Shown here: piece after piece, positions 26,318-38,200 of the stretch | Layout: the number at the start of each line of letters is the position of its first letter | How positions within the stretch are numbered: position 1 is the stretch's first letter | DNA from: Macrostomum hystrix | Taxonomy: Eukaryota; Animalia; Platyhelminthes | NCBI GenBank assembly: GCA_950097015.1 | Contig: CATNEN010000012.1 | Span: 124,001 to 188,000, forward strand | Length of the DNA: 64,000 bases | Direction: 5' to 3' | Program-made: the position numbers and the translations under genes | Notes under the pieces: generated by a model | The model's database searches: none | Told to the model about the DNA's origin: nothing | The model's input: the letters and a program-made list of their open reading frames with translations, nothing else

Positions 26318-29300
26318 TCAAATTTTCTTCTTTCCTTTAAAAGACTTCGTGGCTTCTTTATTGTTCGCTTCCTCTCCCATCTCCTGCAACTTTGGTCGCC
26401 TGCCAACCTGAAAGTGCAGTAACAAGGCCGAGTCCTTGGCAACCAGTCGCATCATGTCCAAGGACAGGTAGGACCAGGCGTCTCGAGTCTCATTGAAGGC
26501 TGTGACCAAGCCGAAGCGAATGCTGGGCATGATGAGGCTGGCTTGACGTGCCAGTTGAAAGTCGACGCTGCCAGGCGAATAGACTGGCTTCTTCTGGCTA
26601 GAGTGGAAAAACCTCACCAACTGCTTGGCCTGCAACAGGGTGTGCAACAGGCAGTCAGTCAGGCGTTCAATTATAGCGGCGTGCTGATCTCGCCGACTTT
26701 CCAACACTTTGTGCACTTCGACGTGGGCGAATCGTCGCCTACCGGTGCGCACCCGCCGCAGCAGGGCGTCGATTGCGTCCTGCTCCCTGCAGGCCAAGTT
26801 CAGCAGGCAGTTCGCGATGTTGCGCTGGTCACGTGCTCTTCGGGAAAGCAACACTTGGTTTAATTAGCGTTTAACCTGGCTCAATTTTCCTAAATAGTTC
26901 CAAATTAGCTAATCTTATACTTTAAAACTGCGTGCCTGGTCAATGAAAATTAGGACTCGTGCCGCTCAGGATCCTCATTGGGATCTGTATAATCTCACAG
27001 TCAGGATCCTCATTGGGATCTGTATAATCTCACAGTCAGGATCCTCATTGGGATCTGTATAATCTCACAGTCAGGATCCTCATTGGGATCAGAAGACCCA
27101 GGACAGGTTGCGAACTACCAACCTGGGATCCTGAAGTTTCAGTTCTTCGGCATTGAAAAAGAATTTCGCCCGGATGTAGACTTCGAAAGCTTGGATGCAC
27201 TGCGCCAGACTGCGCTTTCGTTCCAATGCGAACAACAGAATGCGAAGCGGCTCTGAGCAATACCAGTCACTCACATTTAGCTTAGATTTCTTCCCACTCG
27301 AATTGGAGGCCTGCGAAAAAAAATTTTTTGACCTTTGCTTATTTGAACGCCAAGGCAAAGCCTAAAGGGATCTTGTAAGGGATTTCCTAGAAAGACCACG
27401 TGATATCTCAAATACCCAGAGGGTCGGTGACAGGGCGGTTAACGCGTTTGCCTCTCGCAATAAGGTCCCTGAGCTCGATTCCGCGGCGAGACCACATTCA
27501 TTTGGGGCGCAGCCGCGGAGAGAAGGCTTGGGGGCTTGTCGTGCAATTTACGCCCTTGAGGGCCAACCTCCAAGGCACAGTGAGAGTGTACACTGCCTGA
27601 CGATGAGAGAGATTGTGTCTGTGGCCACAGCCCTCCTGCCAAAAATAATATTATGAGTAATAATAATGAGAAGATGGTTCTGAGCACCCACACACACACC
27701 AGACACGTGCGCTGGAGCACATGGCAGAGTGCATCACTTCACTGGTGAACGAACTGTGGAAAATCACTCACTGGGCCTTCACCCGACTGCCTTACCCATC
27801 AGTGCATCGACGAACAATGGAACCTTTGCTAGAAGGTTGGACGCGATAATTGAAAATGATTCGAAAGGCAACCAGTCCTACTGAATCACCTGTTGAATCC
27901 TGGCGTTGTTATTCCGATTGTCCTTGGTCTTCGGATCCATCGCCGCCTGCATCATCAGCTGCGGATTGACGCCGTCGACCTCAGCTTGCCGTTTTAGCTC
28001 TTTCACAGCCTGCAATGTCACCTTCAGCTGCTTATATTGGTCATACTGGTCAGCCAGATCCAGTAGGTTGGGCACGCCAATCATCCGGAGATCCGGCGAC
28101 AGGTGCTCAACGTCGATTAGGCCGAAAGGCGTTGGCGTCGCGTTGTTCCGGTGAGAAATTACGAGCGACAAAGGCAGGCGAGAACTGCGATACTCTGTAG
28201 ACCCAATGACGCTGGCCACGAGCCGGTGGATGGGATAGAATGATCTGCTGGCCAGCATGTGCAGGGCAATGTCCAGCCAATCGCGGAAATACAACGCCCG
28301 ACGCTCGTATCGCCGTCTGATGGGCAGCGCCATCGCTTCACCAGACTGCCAGCCAGCTGCCAACAGAGGCGAAATCGCGGTGAAGAACTCGCGCCGAATC
28401 GCCACTAGGAAGGCTGGGAAGGCATGAAAGTCGCCGTCATTCAGGCTCATGATGTGGGAAGCGTACTGAACCTCGTTGGCATCTGCGATGCCCTGTCCGT
28501 CTGTCTCGGTCAGGCTTAGCAGCAGTTCAGTGACTTCCCTCTGGAACAGTGGGACATGAGAAATTCGAGATTATTTCAATTGCTTTTCAATGCTTTCGCA
28601 CTACTATGAGTAATAGATCTCTTATTGTGCAAGTATAAATTCTCAGATATCACGACAAAATTAGCGTTTGCTCACACTGCCCTGGAATTTCACGCACATG
28701 GGGTGTAAATACACTGCCCTGGAATTTCACGCACATGGGGTGTAAATACACTGCCCTGGAATTTCACGCACATGGGGTGTAAATACACTGCCCTGGAATT
28801 TCACGCACATGGGGTGTAAATACACTGCCCTGGAATTTCACGCACATGGGGTGTAAATACACTGCCCTGGAATTTCACGCACATGACCTTACATGTTAGC
28901 AGCGAATGGTTTGAATAGTTAAAAAAGCTCGATTGCATACTCACAGCTCTCATGTACAGACTGATGCCCAAAGCCGTGAGGTACAGCACGCACTTGCAGT
29001 GATACATAGGCGAGTCCATCTTGCCTTCCTTGAAGTACAACGCAGGATCGTCCAACACTTGAAAATATTTTCCGCGCAGGAAGTCTGGTGAGATTTCAAA
29101 TTTGCGTCGGACCGCATCGGAGTCGTTGGCCCGTATGCGGCTGATAAGCCAGAGGTTACTGGGATGCAGATGGTGCAGGAACCGGGGCACAGTGTAGTAG
29201 TAACAAGTGTTCAGTGAGTTCAGTGGGTCCAGAAACGCTGGTGGATTTGGTGCCTTGACCTTCTGTAAGCGCTCCTTCATGTTTTCATAACAAAAAATTG

Positions 29301-29385
29301 GGCAAACTGATTCTATAAACTCATGTTTCAGTCTCATCTTATGCAGCTCAAAATTATATCTGATTGCACGTACCCCACTTGCCAT
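26318..29385 (-). CDS. Uncharacterised ~590-aa protein, no family recognised
   Basis: Exons (minus) 29385-28945, 28540-27890, 27823-27796, 27252-27123, 26837-26318; GT-AG with compatible phases 0,0,1,2; long non-repetitive frames with GC-rich coding-like codon usage. The 3' end is uncertain. Confidence 0.7.
26967..27090. repeat. Minisatellite, 35-bp unit CAGGATCCTCATTGGGATCTGTATAATCTCACAGT, 3.5 copies
   Basis: Units start at 26967, 27002, 27037, 27072. Confidence 0.93.
27421..27670 (+). mobile_element. tRNA-derived SINE, copy 3 (internal deletion)
   Basis: Same head and body as copy 1; 3' half largely deleted; short AAT-type tail. Confidence 0.85.
28674..28884. repeat. Minisatellite, 37-bp unit ACACTGCCCTGGAATTTCACGCACATGGGGTGTAAAT, ~5.7 copies
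   Basis: Near-perfect direct repeats in an intron. Confidence 0.96.
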
Positions 29386-29479
29386 AGAGTTATCATTTCC
29401 TAAACTCTAATTATAGCATCCGTTTACGGATAATTACTTATCAAGTTTTCTCACACACAACATGTAATACGGATTGAAA

Positions 29480-30078
29480 GACTGAAGGGAATGACTGAAG
29501 CAGTGAGGGACTGATGGGAAATGACTGAAGCAGTGAGGGACTGATGGGAAATGACTGAAGCAGTGAGGGACTGATGGGAAATGACTGAAGCAGTGAGGGA
29601 CTGATGGGAAATGACTGAAGCAGTGAGGGACTGATGGGAAATGACTGAAGCAGTGAAAGACTGATGGGAAATGACTGAAGCAGTGAAAGACTGATGGTAA
29701 ATGACTGAAGCAGTGAGGGACTGAAGGGAAATGACTGAAGCAGTGAAAGACTGATGGGAAATGACTGAAGCAGTGAAAGACTGATGGGAAATGACTGAAG
29801 CAGTGAAAGACTGATGGGAAATGACTGAAGCAGTGAAAGACTGATGGGAAATGACTGAAGCAGTGAGGGACTGATGGGAAATGACTGAAGCAGTGAAAGA
29901 CTGATGGGAAATGACTGAAGCAGTGAGGGACTGATGGGAAATTACTGAAGCAGTGAGGGACTGATGGGAAATGACTGAAGCAGTGAGGGACTGATGGGAA
30001 ATGACTGAAGCAGTGAGGGACTGATGGGAAATGACTAAGCATTGGAGAATGAACTGATGGGAAATGACTGAAGCAGTG
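29480..30078. repeat. Minisatellite, 30-bp unit ATGACTGAAGCAGTGAGGGACTGATGGGAA, ~20 copies
   Basis: Direct periodicity; source of the HCFSHFPSV pseudo-ORF. Confidence 0.97.
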
Positions 30079-31822
30079 AATAATTAACTGAAGGCAATAG
30101 ACATTCATGAGGTCTGAGAAATGTAAAGCGAGTTTGGAAATTATTTCAAGACGCAATAAGTCATTTAATGCATTGTTTTCACGAATCTATTTTTGTGGAA
30201 AGTGCAAATTACCGATAAAAACAGGATCAAATGAATTGTGTCGTGATTTGTTGGCTGCGTAAGCGTATGGTGCTAATGTTTAGGCTAGTAATCACAAAAG
30301 TACAATTGCAGCAGCAGCAGTAGCGGCAGCAAAAGCAATAGAATTACAGAAACATGATAAAAACAGAGAACAGAAAAAAATAGCGGACAAGTTTTAATCA
30401 CTGGCCAATCAATAGCAAGTGTTTTCTAAGAATTTTTAATGCAAATAAGAACATTGCTAACGGTTATGTATGAAAATGAGGCTCATTTTGCGTTATTTAC
30501 TGCATTTTTAAGTGATAGCCTTTAGTAACAGCGAAATATTAGGGAAGATCTTATTTATCAATCGACATATAGTATCTGTAATTATATGAGTATACTGTTT
30601 CTCGACTAGTTATGTACTGATACTTGTTAACCATTGTGCAAATTTGCTAATATTAACAATAAATCAATTATGTTTGTAGGAATGCATAGATAAATTAATG
30701 AATGAACCAATACACGCGCAATGCGCGCAGCAGGAGAAAATTTAGGGATTGCTTTAGTACGAAATCCTTGGTTTGACACTTGTACACGAGCCGAATGTTG
30801 ATGCGAAGACAATTAAACCCTTTCAATTGACCACAAACGTAATACAGACAAGTAATGCTAATAGTAGTAACAATTTGTTAGTAAAATGCGTGATCGAAAG
30901 TATGAAAATACAATTGGAAACATCAGTGAGCAAGAACTTACCAACTCGAAACTATATATCTTTTGTTGTCAAGTAGCATAATTTGTGCTTTTTTTCAAGA
31001 CAATAACCAGATCTTCTAAAAGCGGATGGGATGGCCGAAGAGCTATTTGAATTTTGACCTTGGTTCGTTGACAGCTTGTTTATTCCCATTTTTGGTTTTG
31101 AGTCCGGCTCCCCTTGCTCACTGAAGTTAGGAGTTTCATTCAAAAATAACAAAACTTGTCAGATATCTAGAGACAAAAAAAAACAAGAAATGAAAATAAG
31201 ACAAGTACTGCGACTAAACAAATGTGAGAAGTGCAATTAGACATAAACTGTAAGGCTTCTTGAACGCCAATGACGCACTGGTTGGCGTTCATTAATAGCA
31301 TTCTTAATTGATTTCACCATTCTACATTCTGCCCAAAAAGGAGGGTGCTAGCGGGCGTGCGCCCCGCTAGGGACGTGGGGGGGCGAAGCCCCCACCATCT
31401 AACCATAGACAATATTAATCTATTGACAATTGACAATTGATCCATAGACAATATTGAGTTATTCAGAAAAATCGGAAGAATTCGAAGATTCGAGCCTATG
31501 GCGGCACCAAAGTCATTGAATTTGTATTTGAGTAACGTCTGGGACCGATTTCATGAGCAACTGGCGACTTGTAAATAGCCGCAGCTACTTGAAGTTTGGT
31601 TTCATGGCAAACTTTAGCAGCTGCTAACTTTTACCAGTCTGGTAAGCTGCGGTTTCACGAATTGACTGGTAAAACTGAGACTGTTTATTTTTATTTAGAA
31701 CGTTTGTCTATGGCTCAAAGTATAGGGTGTTCTCGGGGGAGTAATGATATTAACTAAATTTTCATCCGTTGTTTTGCTTGTTGTCTAAAAATAAATTTCG
31801 ATCCTGCACCTTTTATCACTGT

Positions 31823-31957
31823 GAGGAGTGAGGTGGCTGGAGGAGTGAGGTGGCTGGAGGAGTGAGGTGGCTGGAGGAGCGAGGTGGATGGAGGAGTGAG
31901 GTGACTGGAGGAATGAGGTGGCTGAAGCAGTGAGGTGGCTGGAGGAGTGAGGTGGCT
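31823..31957. repeat. Minisatellite, 17-bp unit GGAGTGAGGTGGCTGGA
   Basis: About 8 copies; reverse complement of the array at 33197-33371. Confidence 0.93.
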
Positions 31958-32294
31958 ACTTCATTTGTAGGCTGCGAAAGCGACAACATATGGTGCTACT
32001 GTTGCAACGAGGCACGACTAATTGCGCACCAGGTATGATGCATTAGACCTAAAAGAGACTTTGCCATAGACAAAATCAATTCTGCACACTTGAGTGTGCA
32101 AGATCAGCAATTCTGCACGCAGAATCAAATAAGAATGCAGGCGTCAATATCCTAGAGTTCTAGGAATTCATGGGAGATTTTCACGCAGCCAATGGTCTAT
32201 TCACTGCTTTTCCTGCACGTAGAAATTTAGTCTCGTTATTTTCCGATCTGGCAACAATGGGCTGCTAGCGTCACTGCAATACTGCTACATCTTG

Positions 32295-35200
32295 TCAAAC
32301 GAAGTGATTCTTGGAAAAGCGCAAGCGGTGCAGATTCTCTGGCTCGGAGGAGCTGTGCCACATGTGACTGGTCTCCTGCGGAGTTGAATGTAATTTTTCC
32401 GCTTAGCTTTGTTCAGCAGGCTAAGATTTATTAGCATAATATAAACTTGTGGGCTGATGTGAGACCCGTCTTACCCTGTTTAGCAGGGCCGCGTTGATCT
32501 GGCTGAACTCGGGCCTGTACAGGGGGTCGTGGCACCAGCACTCGGCGATTAGGTTCTGAAGTTCGGCATTTAGTTGTGAGTAATTTGCTTGATCATAAAA
32601 TTTGAAAAAAGGCTTCTGTTTAACAATGCCTTTGAGGGGCAAGAGCGATTAACGCGTATGCCTCTCGCGTCAAGGTCCTTGAGCTCGTTCCATGGCGAGG
32701 CCTCATTTATTTGGGGCGCAGCCGCGGAGAGAAGGCTTGGGGGCTTGTTGTGCAATTTACACTGCCTGACGATGAGGGAGTCACGGAATATGTGCACACC
32801 AGTGTGAGCGTGTGCCTGCGTGCAGCATCTGTGTGCAATTGTGCTCAGGAGTCAGCGAGATGGGCAGAATTGCCTCCTCGCTGGCTGCGGGTCTACTGTC
32901 ACTAAATGATGTGCCCGCAGCCCTCCTGTAAAATAAGAATTTGTTCCTATTAACAACTTCTTCAAAGTTGAAAAATTCCTCACCTTGATGGCATCAGATA
33001 CACGCAGATCGTGGACGCTGTCCCGCTTGCCCTGGCAGATGTTCTCCATGTACTGGCGTCTGTCACACTTGGCATAGGGATACCGGCCGCTGCACACCTC
33101 GAACATTATTACACTGCAAAATGGGAAGTTTTTCATAGGAGACTGATTTTTGCAATGCCTTTCTTTAGTCGATAGTCAGACGATGACACTCCCTTCTCAG
33201 CCACCTCACTGCTCCAGCCACCTCACTCTTCCAGCCACCTCACTCCTCCAGCCACCTCACTCCTCTAGCCACCTCACTCCTCCAGCCACCTCACTCCTCC
33301 AGCCACCTCACTCCTCCAGCCACCTCACTCCTCCAGCCACCCCACTCCTCCAGCCACCTCACTTCTCCAGCTACGCCAATCCAATCAGCCAATAGAAATT
33401 TGAGACAACGTCCCAGACGGGCTGTAAAAAAATGCATAATCTATACCTAAATGCAAATACATCAGAGGCGGTAGTGAACGCCGAGTCCGGTATAGAGGAG
33501 GTCTTGTCGGCCAGCTGGGTGAGAATCTCAGGCGGAGTGTACCAAACTAGCGAGGCTGGCACGACTAAATAGCCCGGTCTGCAATGCGCAAAGAGAGTAA
33601 TTAATAAGAGCTTGTTATAAATCACAAAGAATAGAACTTTATCATTGTACTTGATCATCGAAATGTGCTAATTGAGAGATAGCGCACGGCTTCGCGCACT
33701 CGTGTCCTAGGCGTTGCTGCACTCAAAAGCCGTGCTTCTATCATATTGACGAACATAGTTTGGACACTCAGCATAATCGATAACCAATGGGTGGCTTGGA
33801 CCATAGACAACTGATGGTTGGATAATGGTATTTTCGTAAACAAACGCTGACTGGAGTATTATTGCACGCTGTCTATGGTAAATCCTGGCATTATTTTGTC
33901 TCAGCTAGTGTCCAAACCATTTGTCAATGGTAGATTTACGCACTAGGAAGCCTAGCATAAGTGCATTGATTTATGACCAAGTGTGTGTGCGCAAGACCAG
34001 CTCCTTCGGCCCATAGACAATACCCGTCTGGGATTTACTGCATAGTAGCTCAGAAGAGGGATGGCACGGATTTACCGCACAGTTGCGGAATTTACTGCAC
34101 ACTTCAATCTATTTCTTTGATGGCCTTTGGGCCATAAACTATACACGAGCTTGAGACGTTTACGCACACTTGGTTATATGTCAATGAAGTTAGAGTAAGC
34201 AGTCAGCGGAAAGCTTTGTCGCACTAAAAAAACTAAAGTACGAGTACTTTAAAATTCGTTAGAGAATGCTATTGGCAGTAGTAGCCGATTAGCCTGGGAC
34301 AGAAAATCTAGACACTGTCTATGGCACAAAGTCTTTTCATCGGCCGTTAAAATTCTTTAGGCTTAAAAGGCTTAAAAGCCTTTCGCATCAACAAACTGAG
34401 AATTTTCCTATTTAAAGTACGACATCCAAGGCTAGATGGATCACCAGCGGTTGGAAACACCCAGGCGCCGATTTGAGTACCCCAATTCCAGCTACTCTCA
34501 CAGTCAACATAAACAGCAGCTGCAACAAGGTGGCGATGGCGAAATCATTGCTTGCAGCCCGAAGATTTCAGGCGCCGCAGTCGCATCAACCCCACTGGCT
34601 GACGCTGTGTTGAACATCGACCAGAATGGTGACTGCATGGAGGGTGGCCTGCCAGGCATTGCGATCATTCCTAACGATTGGTGGAAGACTCTGCTGGCCT
34701 TGATCTGTACAGCCAGCGGTATGCTACTCATGGCGATCAGCTTGTCCTACGTGCACGATTATGTGCCTCAGCGCACGCCTCTGCCAGATATAACTTTAAA
34801 AATGTTGCCACGCATCGATTGGGCAATCAATGCTTGCGAGGCCCTGCTACTGATGAACATAGGCATTGCGCTGGTCATCTGCCTGGCTCACCGATACCGT
34901 TGGGTTTTGCTCCGCCGCGCATTCTTCATGCTGGCCATTGTTTTCGTCTACCGCTCGGTGACCATCGCCGTAACAGTCATGCCAGATCCGGATTCGCGTC
35001 GCTTCTGCGAGCCGCGCTCAAACCGGAGCCACAGCTTCTCTGAGATAGCCGACCGCGTTACCCGCATCGCCATGGGCGGCGGCTTCTCCGTCAGCAACAC
35101 GCACAGTATCTGCGGAGACTCGATCTTCTCTGGCCACACGGCCAGCCTGACATTGTCCTACCTCACTATTAAGGAGTACACTCCCGCCTCCGCCAGTCCG

Positions 35201-38200
35201 CTGCACTGGATCAGCCTGGTCTCCTGCCTCTTAAGCTTCCTGTTCCTCATCGTCTCGCACGCGCACTACACAGTTGATCTGGTTATTGGCTACTGGCTGG
35301 CTAGCCGGCTGTTCCTAATGCTCCACGCCCTGGCGGCATGCCCGCCATCGATGCGCCCGAGCAGTCCACTCGCCGGGGTCTGGTGGTTCTCGGCGTTCCA
35401 GTTCTTCGAGGGCAACACTCCGGCCAAGCTGCCTTGTGAGTTCCGGCTGCCTGGGCCATACAGCTGCTGCCAGCGAGCCTACAAACGGCTCGACAGCTTC
35501 CGCATGCGACTGCGCGGCTTCATGAACTGAATGCTTCAACTCTTTAACACTTCCAATCCTGACTTGAATGATTCGTTCTATCTTTAGTTGGACATTTTCC
35601 CGCAACTCTTTGATCGTACCTAAAGCCAGTATCGTTAAAAAGTTGTTTTAGTGTTTTGCCGTTTGAGTACAATTTTCCGTTTGAGTACATTTTGCCGTTT
35701 GAGTACATTTTGCCGTTTGAGTACATTTTGCCGTTTGAGTAAATTTTGCCGTTTGAGTACATTTCGCCGTTTGAGTACATTTCGCCGTTTGAGTACATTT
35801 TGCCGTTTGATTCTCCGATTAAAATTTATCTAAAGCTTCGCAGCGTATCTTTAAAGCGACTCTAATTGAAAATAAAGCTAACAGACGACATTCTATACTC
35901 TCCACCACCGAATTCGAAAGACCTATACGACCACACATCCAGCAATCTACTTAATCTCACCTGTCCTCTTCCTCTTCGGCAATCACTGAGTAGTCCTGCA
36001 ACGACAATTTGGCCCTGGGCTCCAGGAAAATGTTGTGCGAGTTAAACCGCCTGATCAAAATGGCCTTGGCGTGCAGGTAGCCGGCCGCCTGGGCCAGGTC
36101 GCGAATAATTGAGAGCTTGCTAGCGGAACTCAGCTTCTCCCTGGGATGAAGGTGTAGCCGTTCGTAGAGCGATTGGCCCTTCCTCTGACAGGTGACTACC
36201 GCGAACCGCGAAGTTGGCGGATCCATGGACGCGCCCATGAACAAGAAGATGTTCTCGTGTCGTACTAGGCTCAGCTTGGCCACCTCCTCCCAGAATTTGC
36301 TGCGCTCCTTGCAGTCCAGGTTCTCGTACGTGTGGATGGTGACGTCACCGTGCCACTGGCCCCTAAAATGCGCAGTAACATAGCAGATAATCAGGGGTGA
36401 ACTTAAATGGCGCGATTTGAGGCTGGACTAAGCAGGGGTAGGAAATTAAGAATGTAAAGTGTTACAGCCAATCAGAGAGATCGGTTAGGATGAGGCATGG
36501 GAGGTAAATGTGCACACGCTCTATCCCATGAGACCCTCAATAATTGTCTCGCTGCATTTCATAACAATTGAAATTCAGGTAGCAAATCATTCTAATCCGA
36601 ACCTGAACACTTTCCGCCTCCTTCCCTTGATAAGGCAGTCCTGGAATACGATGCCTTCGTACGGAATGTTGAACTCGAACTCCTTGATTTCGAAGCTGAA
36701 ATTGTGACGAAATTGTGATTCTACTAAATAGAACATTTCCAGAAAGTACTCTAACACCCACACAGTCACATGAGTGCTCTGCTCATTTCGATCTTTAAAA
36801 TGTTAAATGCGAAGTCCTACTCCTTTGTTGACCCGTCACTGCTGCCACTGCTGCTGCCGCAACAGACACTGCTCAATTATATCCAGGGTAGCGGCATCCA
36901 GGGCAGCAGAGAAAACTGCCTTCGTTAAATTTGGCTGTCCCCAGGGCTCTAGGGGGACATTTTTGTGGGGCCGGAGGTACGCGCAAACAGACCTGCACTT
37001 ATACCTACCGCTGCGAATGCACAAAATTTCACAAATCAGCTCTCCCTGTCTAAGGGGTGGGGTAAAGAAAAAAATCAATCGATAAAACGCTGACTGGGGC
37101 CACCCCACACCCTTCTGCTCAAACTCGTCAGACACTCGTGCTGAGGGTCGGGCAAGGACAAGAAAGACATGAGGAGAACAGAAGACAGACAATGGTTCCT
37201 GCACTTTTTCAGACTAAAGGCTCCACTTCCGAAAAACAGGATTTCTCGGATCGGATCTGGGATTTTACTGACTTGAAAACTCAGCTTGTCTATCAATGCC
37301 TATTGTTTATGCGTTGCCATTTTGGAAGCTTGAAATTCTAAAATTAGAAAACTGTTCGGCAAGAAAAATAAAGCTGCTTAGCTGGCGACGGAAACCAAAG
37401 TAAATGGGATTTGCAGGCGCGCCTACCTTCCGCGACTGTTCTGCACAACGCTGTCGACAACTTGAAAGCAGGCAGCCGCTCCTTCCTCCTCTTCTGAAAT
37501 TGAAAATAGCCAGAACTGATAATCTGTTACCTGTCCAGTAAGGATCAACTTCTAGAAGCAATCTGACATGTCTGGGAAAGGAAAAAATAACTTATAAGGT
37601 CGACAGACAGGCGCAATACAAACCAGACACGCAGAAAGCGGGGCTGAGGATTAGAATACGTTTTACACAAATCCTACTTCTTCATTTTCTCCTGGTCACT
37701 TGCGTCTGAAGCATGTGTGGTCGGCCGAGTTGAATAATTTTATGTGTTCAGGCAGTGCAAAGCTGTTTCCAACCAAAACTGAGGGCCAAGGAGCAAGGGT
37801 TATAGAACTTGCACTTTCAGCGAGCCAGCAGAGAGAAAATGCTGACTGGTACTCTTAACGAAAAAGTGAAACAACCAAGCAGAGGGATCTAGAAAAAAAT
37901 TCAAAAAATGAACGTGAGAACATTCATTCCGCTTAGAGGCAATGCCAGAAGTCACTCACCGCTGCCAACCGCCGCCAGCCTCCATCCGCTTGGAGGCCAG
38001 GTGGAGCAAAGCAGCAGCTGGTCCTTTTGCTTCTGTACGGCCCCGCCGCCAGCCTGCGACTGCAGGCTCCAGCTGCGCGCGGTGGTGGCCGCGTCCAGCA
38101 TCCGACGGGTCGCCTGACGAGGATTCCTGCGCTGCAGCAAGTCATAGTCTAACTGAACTCCCCAGTCGAAGAAACCGTTGACGGTGGACAATGGGGCACC

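Noticed and set aside
26967-28884. 35- and 37-bp direct repeats of CRISPR-like length
   Set aside because: Units are head-to-tail with no unique spacers, intronic, and there are no cas genes.
29434-30156. 240-aa HCFSHFPSV-repeat ORF
   Set aside because: 30-bp tandem repeat with no unique coding flanks.
30941-31168. Minus-strand exon-like segment (acceptor near 31168, GTAAGT donor near 30940)
   Set aside because: Stops occur in all frames; at most a UTR exon, which cannot be assigned without transcripts.
37000-37060. Candidate kinase exon QGELICEILCIRSGRYKCR
   Set aside because: Exon 36695-36603 (FNIPYEGIVFQDCLIKGRRRKVF) fits the phase and the KSR subdomain-I alignment far better.
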